NCBI RefSeq assembly: GCF_009914755.1
Contig: NC_060933.1
DNA from: the human T2T-CHM13v2.0 reference genome, Homo sapiens
DNA length: 64,000 nucleotides
Strand: one strand, 5' to 3'
Position numbers and translations under genes: made by a program. Shown here one piece after another: positions 42,801 through 57,779 of the stretch. Position 1 is the first letter of the stretch. Every line of letters starts with the position of its first letter. A model generated the notes under the pieces. It saw only the letters and a list, made by a program, of their open reading frames with translations, searched no databases and had not been told where the DNA came from.

Positions 42801-45319
42801 ATGGAATAGAATGGAATGGAATGGAAAGGAATGGAATGGAATGAAATGGGATGGAATGGAATGCAATGGAATGGAATCAACCCGAGGGCAATCGAATGGA
42901 ATCGAATGGAATGGAATGCAATGGAATGGATTCAACTTGAATGGAATGGAAAGAATGGAATCAACACGAGTGGAATGGCATGGATTGGAATGGAATGGAA
43001 TGGAATCAACCCGAGTACAGGGGAATGGAATGGAATGGAATGCAATGGAATGGAATCATCCGTTATGGAATGGAAAGGAATGGAATGGAATGGAATGGAA
43101 TGGAATGGAATGGAATGGAATGGAATGGAATCAACTCGATTGCAATCGAATGGAATGGAATGGAATTAACCCGAATAGAATGGAATGGAATGGAATGGAA
43201 TGCAATGGAATGGAATCATCCATAATGGAATGGAAAGGAATGGAATGGAATGGAATGGAATGGAATGGAATGGAATGGAATGGAATCAACTCGAATGCAG
43301 TCGAATGGAATGGAATGGAATTAACACGAATAGAATGGAATGGAATGGAATGGAACGGAACGGAACGGAACGGAATGGCATGGAATGGAATGGAATGGAA
43401 TGGAATGGAATGGAACGGAAAGGAATGGAATGAAATCGAATGGAATGGAATGGAATGGAATGAACGCGAGTGCAGGGGAATGGAATGGAATGGAATGCAA
43501 TGGAATGGAATCTTCTGGAATGGAATGGAATGGAATGGAATGGAATGGAATGGAATGGAATAAACCCGAGTGCAATGGAATGGAGTGGAATGGAATGGAA
43601 TGGAATGGAACAACCCGAATGGAATGGAATGTAATGGAGAGTAAGGGAGTTGAATCGAATCAATCCGAATGTAATGGAATGGAATGGAACGGAATGGAAT
43701 TGAATGGAATGGAATGGAATGCAATGGAATGGAATCAACCCGAGTGCAATGGAATGGAGAGGAATGGAATGGAATGGAATGGAAACTACCCGAATGGAAT
43801 GGAATGTAATAGAGTGTAAGGGAATTGAATAGAATCAAACCGAATGTAATGGAATGGAATGGAACGGAATGGAATGGAATGGAATGCAATGGAATGGAAT
43901 GGAATGCAATGGAATGGAATCAACCCGAGTGCAATCGAATGGAATCGAATGGAATGGAATGCAATGGAATGGATTCAACTTGAATGGAATGGAAAGAATG
44001 GAATCAACACGAGTGGAATGGCATGGATTGGAATGCAATGGAATGGAATCAACCCGAGTACAGGGGAATGGAATGGAATGGAATGCAATGGAATGGAACC
44101 ATCCGTAATGGAATGGAAAGGAATGGAATGGTATGGAATGGAATGGAATGGAATGGATTGGAATCAACACGATTGCAATAGAATGGAATGGAATGGAATT
44201 TACCCAAATAGAATGGAATGGAATGGAATGGAACGGAACGGAATGGAATGGAATGGAATGGAATGGAACGGAACGGAATGGAATGGAATGGAATGGAATG
44301 GAATGGAATGGAATGGAATCAACGCGAGTGCAGGGGAATGGAATGTAATGGAATGCAATGGAATGGAATCTTCCGGAATGGAATGGAATGGAATGGAATG
44401 GAATCAACCCGAGTGCAATGGAATGGAGTGGAATGGAATGGAATGGAATGGAACAACCCGAATGGAATGGAATGTAATGGAGAGTAAGGGAGTTGAATAG
44501 AATCAATCCGAATGTAATGGAATGGAATGGAAAGGAATGGAATTTAATGGAATGGAATGGAATGCAATGGAATGGAATCAACCCGAGTGCAATGGAATGG
44601 AGAGGAATGGAATGGAATGGAGTGGAAACTACCCGAATGGAATGGAATGTAATGGAGTGTAAGGGAATTGAATAGAATCAATCCGAATATAATGGAAAGG
44701 AATGGAACGGAATGGAATGGAATGGAATGGAATGGAATGGAATGGAATGCAATGGAAAGGAATCAACCCGAGTGCAATCGAATGGAATCGAATGGAATGG
44801 AATGCAATGGAATGGAATCAACTCGATTGCAATTGAATGGAATGGAATGGAATTAACCCGAATGGAATGGAATGGAATGGAATGGAAAGGAACGGAATGG
44901 AATGGAATGGAATGGAATGGAATGGAATGGAATGGAACGGAACGGAATGGAATGGAATGGAATCAACGCGAGTGCAGGGGAATGGAATGGAATGGAATGC
45001 AATGGAATGGAATCTTCCGGAATGGAATGGAATGGAATGGAAAGGAATGGAATGCAATGGATTCAACTCGATTGCAATGGAATGGAATAGAATGGAATGG
45101 AATGGAATGGAATGGAATTAACCCGAATACAATGGAATGGAATGCAATGGAACGGAATGGAATGGAATGGAATGGAATGGAATGGTATGGAATGGAATGG
45201 AATGGTACGGAATAGAATGGAATGTAACGAATTGTAATGGAATGGAATTGAATGGAATGGAATGGAATCAACGCTAGTGCAGGGGAATGTAATGGAACGG
45301 AATGCAATGGAATGGAATC

Positions 45320-47050
45320 ATCCGTAATGGAATGGAAAGGAATGGAATGGAATGGAATGGAATCACCTCGATTGCAATCGAAAGGAATGGAATGGAATTA
45401 ACCCGAATAGAATGGAATCAAATGGAACGGAACGGAACGGAACGGAATGGAATGGAATGGAATGGAATGGAACGGAACGTAACGGAATGGAATGGAATGG
45501 AATGGAATAGAATGGAACGGAAAGGAAGGGAATGGAATGGAATTGAATGGAATAGAATGGAATCAACGCGAGTGCAGGGGAATTGAATGGAATGGAATGC
45601 AACGGAATGGAATCGTCCGGAATGGAATGGAATGGAATGGAATGGAATGGAATGGAATCAACCCGAGTCCAATGGAATGGAGTGGAATGGAATGGAATGG
45701 AATGGAACAACCCGAATGGAATGGAATGTAATGGAGAGTAAGGGAGTTGAATAGAATCAATCCGAATGTAATGGAATAGAATGGAACGGAATAGAATTGA
45801 AAGGAATGGAATGGAATGCAATGGAATGGAATCAACCTGAGTGCAATGGAATGGAGAGGAATGGAATGGAATGGAATGGAAACTACCCGAATGGAATGTA
45901 ATGTAATGGAGTGTAAGGGAATTGAATAGAATCAATCCGAATGTAATGGAATGGAATGGAACGGAATGGAATGGAATGGAATGGAATGCAATGGAATGGA
46001 ATCAACCCGAGTGAAATCGAAAGGAATCGAATGGAATGGAATGCAGTGGAATGGAATCAACTTGAATGGAATGGAAAGAATGGAATCAACGCGAGTGGAA
46101 TGGCATGGATTGGAATGGAATGGAATGGAATCAACCCGAGAACAGGGGAATGGAATGGAATGGAATGCAATGGAATGGAATCATCCGTAATGGAATGGAA
46201 AGGAATAGAATGGAATGGAATCGAATGGAATGGAATGGAATGGAATCACCTCGATTGCAATCGAAAGGAATGGAATGGAATTAACCCGAATAGAATGGAA
46301 TCAAATGGAACGGAACGGAACGGAACGGAATGGAATGGAATGGAATGGAATGGAATGGAACGGAACGGAACGGAATGGAATGGAATGGAATGGAATAGAA
46401 TGGAACGGAAAGGAAGGGAATGGAATGGAATAGAATGGAATAGAATGGAATCAACGCGAGTGCAGGGGAATGGAATGGAATGGAATGCAATGGAATGGAA
46501 TCTTCCGGAATGGAATGGAATGGAATCAACCCGAGTCCAATGGAATGGAGTGGAATGGAATGGAATGGAATGGAACAACCCGAATGGAATGGAATGTAAT
46601 GGATAGTAAGGGAGTTGAATAGAATCAATCCGAATGTAATGGAATAGAATGGAACGGAATAGAATTGAAAGGAATGGAATGGAATGCAATGGAATGGAAT
46701 CAACCCGAGTGCAATGGAATGGAGAGGAATGGAATGGAATGGAATGGAAACTACCCGAATGGAATGTAATGTAATGGAGTGTAAGGGAATTGAATAGAAT
46801 CAATCCGAATGTAATGGAATGGAATGGAACGGAATGGAATGGAATGGAATGGAATGCAATGGAATGGAATCAACCCGAGTGAAATCGAAAGGAATCGAAT
46901 GGAATGGAATGCAGTGGAATGGAATCAACTTGAATGGAATGGAAAGAAGGGAATCAACGCGAGTGGAATGGCATGGATTGGAATAGAATGGAATGGAATC
47001 AACCCGAGAACAGGGGAATGGAATGGAATGGAATGCAATGGAATGGAATC
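45320..47050 (+). repeat. Tandem duplication of an ~870 bp unit (2 copies)
   Basis: The rare variants CACCTCGATTGCAATCGAAAGG, GGAATCAAATGGAACGG, CCCGAGTCCAATGG and CCCGAGAACAGGGG each occur twice at 868-883 bp offsets (ORFs 45363/46246, 45956/46824, 46066/46934). Confidence 0.85.
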
Positions 47051-50000
47051 ATCCGTAATGGAATGGAAAGGAATAGAATGGAATGGAATCGAATGGAATG
47101 GAGTGGAATGGAATCAACTCGATTGCAATCGAATGGAATGGAATGGAATTAACCCGAATAGAATGGAATGGAATGGAATGGAACGGAACGGAATGGAATG
47201 GAATGGAATGGAATGGAACGGAACGGAATGGAATGGAATGGAATGGAATGGAATGGAATCAACGCGAGTGCAGGGGAATGGAATGGAATGGAATGCAATG
47301 GAATGGAATCTTTCGGAATGGAATGGAATGGAATGGAATGGAATGAAATGCAATGGATTCAACTCGATTGCAATGGAATGTAATAGAATGGAATGGAATG
47401 GAATGGAATGGAATTAATCCGAATAGAATGGAATGGAATGGAATGGAACGGAATGGAACGGAATGGAATGGAATGGAATGGAATGGTATGGAATGGAATG
47501 GAATGGTACGGAATAGAATGGAATGGAACGAATTGTAATGGAATGGAATTGAATGGAATGGAATGGAATGGAATGGAATCAACGCGAGTGCAGGGGAATG
47601 TAATGGAACGGAATGCAATGGAATGGAATCATCCGGAATGGAATGGAATGGAATGGAATGGAATGGAATGGAATCAACCCGAGTGCAATGGAATGGAGAG
47701 GAATGGAATGGAATGGAGTGGAAACTACCCGAATGGAATGGAATGTAATGGAGTGTAAGGGAATTGAATACAATCAATCCGAATGTAATGGAAAGGAATG
47801 GAACTGAATGGAATGGAATGGAATGGAATGGAATGGAATGGAATGGAATGCAATGGAATGGAATCAACCCGAGTGCAATCGAATGGAATCGAATGGAATG
47901 GAATGCAATGGAATGGATTCAACTCGATTGCAATCGAATGGAATGGAATGGAATTAACTCGAATAGAATGGAATGGAATGGAATGGAAAGGAACGGAATG
48001 GAATGGAATGGAATGGAATGGAATGGAACGGAACGGAATGGAATGGAATGGAATGGAAAGGAATCAACGCGAGTGCAGGGGAATGGAATGGAATGGAATG
48101 CAATGGAATGGAATCTTCCGGAATGGAATGGAATGGAATGGAATGGAATGGAATGAAATGCAATGGATTCAACTCGATTGCAATGGAATGGAACAGAATG
48201 GAATTGAATGGAATGGAATGGAATTAACCCGAATATAATGGAATGGAATGCAATGGAACTGAATGGAACGGAATGGAATGGAATGGAATGGAATGGAATG
48301 GAATGGAATGGTATGGAATGGAATGGAATGGTACGGAATAGAATGGAATGTAAAGAATTGTAATGGAATGGAATTGAGTGGAATGGAATGGAATCATCGC
48401 GAGTGCAGGGGAATGTAATGGAACGGAATGCAATGGAATGGAATCATCCGGAATGGAATGGAATGGAATGGAATGGAATGGAATGGAATGGAATCAACCC
48501 GAGTGCAATGGAATGGATTGGAATGGAATGTAGTGGAACAACCCGAATGGAATGTAATGTAATGCAGAGTAAGGGAGTTGAATGGAATCAATCCGAATGT
48601 AATGGAATGGAATGCAACGGAATGGAATTGAATGGAATGGAATGGAATGCAATGGAATGCAATCAACCCGAGTACAATGGAATGGAATGGAATGGAATGG
48701 AATGGAATGGAATGGAATGCCTTCAAATCGAATGGAATGGAAAGGAATGGAATCAACACGAGTGGAATGGAATGGAATGGAATGGAATGGAATGGAATGA
48801 TACGGAATAGAATGGAATGGAACGAAATGGAATGGAATGGAATGGAATGGAATGGAATGGAATGGAATGGAATGGAATGGAATCGTTCCGAGTGGAATAG
48901 GAGGGAATGTATTCGAGTGGAATGGAAAGGAATGGAATGGAATGGAAAGGAATACATTGGAATCAACCCGAGTGGAATGGAATGGATAGGACTGGAATGG
49001 AGTGGAATGGAATGGAATGGAATGGAATGGAATCAACTCGACTGGAATGGAATGGAATAGAATGGAATTAACCCGAATAGAATGGAATGGAATGGAATGG
49101 AACGGAACGGAACGGAACGGAATGGAATGGAATGGAATGGAATGGAATGGAATGGAATGGAACGGAAAGGAATGGAATGGAATGGAATGGAACGGAATGG
49201 AATGGAATGGAATCGAATCAACGCGAGTGCAGAGGAATGGAATGGAATGGAATGCAATGGAATGGAATCTTCCGGAATGGAATGGATTTGAATGGAATGG
49301 AATGGAATGGAATGGAATAAACCCGAGTGCAATGGAATGGAGTGGAATGGAATGCAGTGGAATGGAATCAACCCGAGTGCAATCGAATGGAATCGAATGG
49401 AATGGAATGCAATGGAATGGATTCAACTTGAATGGAATGGAAAGAATGGAATCAACACGAGTGGAAGGGCATGGATTGGAATGCAATGGAATGGAATCAT
49501 CCCGAGTACAGGGGAATGGAATGGAATGGAATGCAATGGAATGGAATCATCCGTAATGGAATGGAAAGGAATGGAATGGAATGGAATGGAATGGAATGGA
49601 ATGGAATGGAATCAACACGACTGCAATCGAATGGAATGGAATGGAATTATCCCGAATAGAATGGAATGGAATGGAATGGAACAGAACGGAATGGAATGGA
49701 ATGGAATGGAATGGAACGGAACGGAACGGAACGGAATGGAATGGAATGGAATGGAATGGAATGGAATCAACGCGAGTGCAGGGGAATGAAATGGAATGGA
49801 ATCATCCGGAATGGAATGGAATGGAATGGAATGGAATGGAATCAACCCAAGTGCAATGGAATGGAGTGGAATGGAATGGGATGGAATGGAACAACCCGAA
49901 TGGAATGGAATGAAATGGAGAGTAAGGGATTTGAATAGAATCAATCCGAATGTAATGGAATGGAATGCAACGGAATGGAATGGAATGGAATGGAATGGAA

Positions 50001-51360
50001 TGGAATGGAATGCAATGGAATGGAATCAACCCGAGTACAATGGAATGGAATGGAATGGAATGGAATGGAATGGAATGGAATGGAATGGAATGGAATGGAT
50101 TGGAATACCTTCAAACCGAATGGAATGGAATACAATGGAATCAACTGGATTGGAATGGAATGGAATGGAATGGAATGGAATGGAATGGAATCAACTCGAT
50201 TGCAATCGAATGGAATGGATTGGAATTAACCCGAATAGAATGGAATGGAATGGAACGGAACGGAACGGAACGGAACGGAACGGAATGGAATGGAATGGAA
50301 TGGAATGGAATGGAACGGAAAGGAATGGAATGGAATGGAATGGAATGGAATGGAATGATACGGAATAGAATGGAATGGAACGAAATGGAATGGAATGGAA
50401 TGGAATGGAATGGAATGGAATGGAATGGAATGAACCCGTGTGCAATGGAATGGAATGGAATGGAATGGATTCAACTCGAATGGAATCAACTCGATTGCAA
50501 TGGAATGGAATGGAATGGAATGGAATCGAATGGAATGGAATGGAATTAACCGGAATAGAATGGAATGGAATGGAATGGAATGGAACGGAATGGAATGGAA
50601 TGGAATGGAATGTAATGGAATGGAATGGAATCAACCCGAGTGCAGGGGAATGGAATGGAATGGAATGCAATGGAATGGAATCATCCGGAATGGAATGGAA
50701 TGGAATGGAATGCAATCAACCTGATGCAATGGAATGGAGTGGAATGGAATGGAATGGAATAGAAACATCCCGAATGGAATGGAATGTAATGTAATGGAGT
50801 GTAAGGGAATTGAATAGAATCAATCCGAATGTAATGGAATGGAATGGAATGAAATGGAATGGAATGGAATCAACCCGAGTGCAATGGAATGGATTCGAAT
50901 GGAATGGAATGGAATGGAATGGATTCAACAAGAATGGAATGGAAAGGAATGGAATCAACCCGAGTGTAATGGCATGGAATGGAATGGAATGGAATGGAAT
51001 GGGATGGAATGGAATGGTACGGAATAGAATGGAATGTAATGAAATGGAATGGAATGGAATGGAATGGAATGGAATGGAATGGAATGGAATGAACCCGTGT
51101 GCAATGGAATGGAATGGAATGGAATGGAATGGAATGGATTCAACTCGAATGGAATCAACTCGATTGTAATGGAATGGAATGGAATTGAAAGGAATAGAAT
51201 GGAATCAACACGAGTGGAATGGAATGGAAAGGACTGGAATGGAGTGGAACGGAATGGAATGGAATTAACCCGAATAGAATGAAATGGAACGGAATGGAAT
51301 GGAATGTAATGGAATGGAATGGAATGGAATCAACCCGAGTGCAGGGGAATGGAATGGAAT
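47050..51360 (+). repeat. Dispersed block, copy B (~4.3 kb)
   Basis: ORF pairs 25999/47764, 26628/48388, 27552/49292, 28637/50716 and 29140/51219. Shares the CAACCTGATGC, CATCCCGAAT and TTCAACAAGAAT markers with copy A. Confidence 0.85.
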
Positions 51361-51724
51361 GGAATGAAATGCAATGGAATGGAATCATCCGGAATGGAAT
51401 GGAATGGAATGGAATGGAATGGAATGGAATGGAATGGAATCAACTCGATTTCAATGGAATGGAATGGAATAGAATGGAATGGAATTAACACGAATAGAAT
51501 GGAATGGAATGGAATTGAATGTAATGGAATGCAATGGAATGGAATCAACCCGAGTGAAATCGAAAGGAATCGAATGGAATGGAATGCAGTGTAATGGAAT
51601 CAACTTGAATGGAATGGAAAGAATGGAATCAACGCGAGTGGAATGGCATGGATTGGAATGGAATGGAATGGAATCAACCCGAGTAAAGGGGAATGGAATG
51701 GAATGGAATGCAATGGAATGGAAT

Positions 51725-54700
51725 CATCCGTAATGGAATGGAAAGGAATAGAATGGAATGGAATCGAATGGAATGGAATGGAATGGAATCAACTCGATTG
51801 CAATCGAATGGAATGGAATGGAATTAACCCGAATAGAATGGAATGGAATGGAATGGAACGGAACGGAATGCAATGGAATGGAATGGAATGAAGTGGACCG
51901 GAACGGAACGGAACGGAATGGAATGGAATGGAATGGAATGGAATCAACGCGAGTGCAGGGGAATGGAATGGAATGGAATGCAATGGAATGGAATCTTTCG
52001 GAATGGAATGGAATGGAAAGGAATGGAATGAAATGCAATGGATTCAACTCGATTGCAATGGAATGTAATAGAATGGAATGGAATGGAATAGAATGGAATT
52101 AATCCGAATAGAATGGAATGGAATGGAATAGAACGGAAAGGAACGGAATGGAATGGAATGGAATGGAATGGAATGGTATGGAATGGAATGGAATGGTACG
52201 GAATAGAATGGAATGGAACGAATTGTAATGGAATGGAATTGAATGGAATGGAATGGAATGGAATCAACGCGAGTGCAGGGGAATGTAATGGAACGGAATG
52301 CAATGGAATGGAATCATCCGGAATGGAATGGAATGGAATGGAATGGAATGGAATCAACCCGAGTGCAATGGAATGGAGTGGAATGGAATGGAATGGAATG
52401 GAACAACCCGAATGGAATGGAATGTAATGGAGAGTAAGGGAGTTGAATAGAATCAATCCGAATGTAATGGAATGGAATGCAACGGAATGGAATGGAATGG
52501 AATGGAATGGAATGCAATGGAATGGAATGGAATGGAATCAACGCGAGTGCAGGGGAATGGAATGTAATGGAATGCAATGGAATGGAATCTTCCGGAATGG
52601 AATGGGATGGAATGGAATGGAATCAACCCGAGTGCAATGGAATGGAGTGGAATGGAATGGAATGGAATGGAACAACCCGAATGGAATCGAATGTAATGGA
52701 GAGTAAGGGAGTTGAATAGAATCAATCCGAATGTAATGGAATGGAATGGAACGGAATGGAATTGAATGGAATGGAATGGAATGCAATGGAATGGAATCAA
52801 CCCGAGTGCAATGGAATGGAGAGGAATGGAATGGAATGGAGTGGAAACTACCCGAATGGAATGGAATGTAATGGAGTGTAAGGGAATTGAATACAATCAA
52901 TCCGAATGTAATGGAAAGGAATGGAACTGAATGGAATGGAATGGAATGGAATGGAATGGAATGGAATGGAATGCAATGGAATGGAATCAACCCGAGTGCA
53001 ATCGAATGGAATCGAATGGAATGGAATGCAATGGAATGGATTCAACACGATTGCAATCGAATGGAATGGAATGGAATTAACCCGAATAGAATGGAATGGA
53101 ATGGAATGGAAAGGAACGGAATGGAATGGAATGGAATGGAATGGAACGGAACGGAATGGAATGGAATGGAATGGAAAGGAATCAACGCGAGTGCAGGGGA
53201 ATGGAATGGAATGGAATGCAATGGAATGGAATCTTCCGGAATGGAATGGAATGGAATGGAATGGAATGGAATGGAATGGAATGAAATGCAATGGATTCAA
53301 CTCGATTGCAATGGAATGGAATAGAATGGAATTGAATGGAATGGAATGGAATTAACCCGAATAGAATGGAATGGAATGCAATGGAACTGAATGGAACGGA
53401 ATGGAATGGAATGGAATGGAATGGAATGGAATGGAATGGAATGGTATGGAATGGAATGGAATGGTACGGAATAGAATGGAATGTAAAGAATTGTAATGGA
53501 ATGGAATTGAATGGAATGGAATGTAATCATCGCGAGTGCAGGGGAATGTAATGGAACGGAATGCAATGGAGTGGAATCATCCGGAATGGAATGGAATGGA
53601 ATGGAATGGAATGGAATGGAATGGAATCAACCCGAGTGCAATGGAATGGATTGGAATGGAATGTAATGGAACAACCCGAATGGAATGTAATGTAATGCAG
53701 AGTAAGGGAGTTGAATGGAATCAATCCGAATGTAATGGAATGGAATGCAACGGAATGGAATTGAATGGAATGAAATGGAATGCAATGGAATGCAATCAAC
53801 CCGAGTACAATGGAATGGAATGGAATGGAATGGAATGGAATGGAATGGAATGGAATGCCTTCAAACCGAATGGAATGGAAAGGAATGGAATCAACACGAG
53901 TGGAATGGAATGCAATGGAATGGAATGGAATGGAATGGAATGATACGGAATAGAATGGAATGGAACGGAATGGAATGGAATGGAATGGAATGGAATGGAA
54001 TGGAATGGAATGGAATGGAATGGAATCGTTCCGAGTGGAATAGGAGGGAATGTATTCGAGTGGAATGGAAAGGAATGGAATGGAATGGAAAGGAATACAT
54101 TGGAATCAACCCGAGTGGAATGGAATGGAAAGGACTGGAATGGAGTGGAATGGAATGGAATGGAATGGAATGGAATCAACTCGACTGGAATGGAATGGAA
54201 TGGAATGGAATAGAATGGAATTAACCCGAATAGAATGGAATGGAATGGAATGGAACGGAACGGAACGGAACGGAATGGAATGGAATGGAATGGAATGGAA
54301 TGGAACGGAAAGGAATGGAATGGAATGGAATGGAACGGAATGGAATGGAATGGAATGGAATCAACGCGAGTGCAGAGGAATGGAATGGAATGGAATGCAA
54401 TGGAATGGAATCTTCCGGAATGGAATGGATTTGAATGGAATGGAATGGAATGGAATGGAATAAACCCGAGTGCAATGGAATGGAGTGGAATGGAATGCAG
54501 TGGAATGGAATCAACCCGAGTGCAATCGAATGGAATCGAATGGAATGGAATGCAATGGAATGGATTCAACCTGAATGGAATGGAAAGAATGGAATCAACA
54601 CGAGTGGAAGGGCATGGATTGGAATGCAATGGAATGCAATCAACCCGAGTACAGGGGAATGGAATGGAATGGAATGCAATGGAATGGAATCATCCATAAT

Positions 54701-55240
54701 GGAATGGAAAGGAATGGAATGGAATGGAATGGAATGGAATGGAATGGAATGGAATCAACACGACTGCAATCGAATGGAATGGAATGGAATTATCCCGAAT
54801 ATAATGGAATGGAATGGAATGGAACAGAACGGAATGGAATGGAATGGAATGGAATGGAATGGAACGGAACTGAACGGAATGGAATGGAATGGAATGGAAT
54901 GGAATGGAATGGAATGGAATCAACGCGAGTGCAGGGGAATGAAATGGAATGGAATCATCCGGAATGGAATGGAATGGAATGGAATGGAATGGAATCAACC
55001 CGAGTGCAATGGAATGGAATGGATTGGAATTAACCCGAATAGAATGGAATGGAATGGAATGGAACGGAACGGAACGGAACGGAACGGAACGGAACGGAAT
55101 GGAATGGAATGGAATGGAATGGAATGGAATGGAATGGAATGGAATGATACGGAATAGAATGGAATGGAACGAAATGGAATGGAATGGAATGGAATGGAAT
55201 GGAATGGAATGGAATGGAATGGAATGAACCCGTGTGCAAT
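51725..55240 (+). repeat. Dispersed block, copy C (~3.5 kb), nearly tandem to copy B
   Basis: ORF pairs 25426/52314, 25565/52453, 25650/52538, 27167/54050 and 27338/54221. Homology to copy A ends after GAACCCGTGTGCAAT at ~55,240. Confidence 0.85.
55061..55095 (+). repeat. (GGAAC)7 variant-pentamer run, the longest seen in the window
   Basis: Seven consecutive GGAAC units read directly. Shorter runs of 2-6 units usually follow TTAACCCGAATAGAAT modules (e.g. 50,252-50,281). Confidence 0.85.
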
Positions 55241-57779
55241 GTAATGGAATGGAATGGAATGGAATGGAATGGGATGGAATCAACCCGAGTACAATGGAAT
55301 GGAGAGGAATGAAATGGAATGGAATGGAAACTACCCGAATAGAATGGAATGTAATGGAGTGTAAGGGAATTGAATACAATCAATCCGAATGGAATGGAAT
55401 GGAATGGAACGGAATGTAATGGAATGGAATGGAATGGAATCAACCCGATTGCAGGGGAATGGAATGGAAAGGAATGCAATGGAATGGAATCATCCGGAAT
55501 GGAATGGAATGGAATGCAATGGAATGGAATGGAATGGAATCAACCCGAGTGCAATGGAATGGAGTGAAATGGAATGGAATGGAATGGAAACAATCAGAAT
55601 GGATTGGAATGGAATGGACACAATCAGAATGGATTGGAATATAATGGAGTGTAAGGGAATTGAATAGAATCAATCTGAATGTAAAGAAATGGAATGGAAC
55701 GGAATGGAATGCAATGGAATGGAATGAAATGCAATGGAATGGAATCAACCCGAGTGCAATCGAATGGAATCGAATGGAATGGAATGCAATGGGATGGATT
55801 CAACTTGAATGGAATGGAAAGAATGGAATCAACTCCAGTGGAATGGCATGGATTGGAATGGAATGGAATGGAATCAACCCGAATACAGGGGAATGGAATG
55901 GAATGGAATGCAATGGAATGGAATCATCCGTAATGGAATGGAAAGGAATGGAATGGAATGGAATGGAATGGAATGGAATGGAATGGAATCAACTTGATTG
56001 CAATCGAATGGAATGGAATGGAATTAACACGAATAGAATGGAATGGAAAGGAATGGAACGGAACGGAATGGAATGGAATGGAATGGAATGGAACGGAACC
56101 GAATGGAATGGAATGGAATGGAATGGAATGGAATCAACGCGAGTGCAGGGGAATGGAATGGAATGGAATGCAATGGAATGGAATCTTCCGGAATGGAATG
56201 GAATGGAATGGAATGGAATGAAATGCAATGGATTCAACTCGATTGCAATGGAATGGAATAGAATGGAATGGAATGGAATGGAATGGAATGGAATTAACTC
56301 GAATAGAATGGAATAGAATGGAATGGAACGGAAAGGAACGGAATGGAATGGAATAGAATGGAATGGAATGGAATGGAATGCAATGGAATGGAATCAACCC
56401 AAGTGCAATGGAATGGAGAGGAATGGAATGCAATGGAATGGAAACTACCCGAATGGAATGGAATGTAATGGAGTGTAAGGGAATTGAATAGAATCAATCC
56501 GAATGTAATGGAATGGAATGGAACGGAACGGAATGGAATGGAATGGAATGGAATGGAATGGAATGGAATGCAATGCAATGGAATGGAATCAAACCGAGTG
56601 CAATCGAATGTAATCGAATGGAATGGAATGCAATGGAATGGATTCAACTTGAATGGAATGGAAAGAATGGAATCAACACGAGTGGAATGGCATGGATTGG
56701 AATGGAATGGAATGGAATCAACCCGAGTACAGGGGAATGGAATGGAATGGAATGCAATGGAATGGAATCATCCGTAATGGAATGGAAAGGAATGGAATGG
56801 AATGGAATGGAATGGAATGGAATGGAATAGAATCAACTCGATTGCAATCGAATGGAATGGAATGGAATGCAATGGAATGGAATCTTCCAGAATAGAATGG
56901 AATGGAATGGAATCAACGCGAGTGCAGAGGAATGGAATGGAATGGAATGCAATGGAATGGGATCTTCCGGAATGGAATGGAATGGAGTGGAATGGAATGA
57001 AATGCAATGGATTCAACTCGATTGCAATGGAATGGAATAGAATGGAATGGAATGGAATGGAATGGAATTAATCCGAATAGAATGGAATGGAATGGAATGG
57101 AACGGAATGGAACGGAATGGAATGGAATGGAATGGAATGGTATGGAATGGAATGCAATGGTATGGAATAGAATGGAATGGAACGAATTGAAATGGAATGG
57201 AATTGAATGGAATGGAATGGAATGGAATGGAATCAACGCGAGTGCAGGGGAATGTAATGGAACGGAATGCAATGGAATGGAATCATCCGGAATGGAATGG
57301 AATGGAATGGAATGGAATGGAATGGAATGGAATCAACCCGAGTGCCATGGAATGGAGTGGAATGGAATGGAATGGAATGGAATGGAACAACCCGAATGGA
57401 ATGGAATGTAATGGAGAGTAAGGGAGTTGAATAGAATCAATCCGAATGTAATGGAATGGAACGGAATGGAATGGAATGGAATGGAATGGAATGGAATGGA
57501 ATGCAATGGAATGGAATCAACCCGAGTACAATGGAACGGAATGGAATGGAATGTAATGGAATGGAATGGAATGGAATGGAATCAACCCGAGTGCAAAGGA
57601 ATGGAGAGGAATGGAATGGAATGGAATGGAAACTACCCGAATTGAATTGAATGTAATGGAGTGTAAGGGAATTGAATAGAATCAATCCAAATGGAATGGA
57701 ATGGAATGGAATGGAATGGAATGGAATGGAATGGAATGGAATGGAATCAACTCGATTGCAATCGAATGGAATGGAATGG

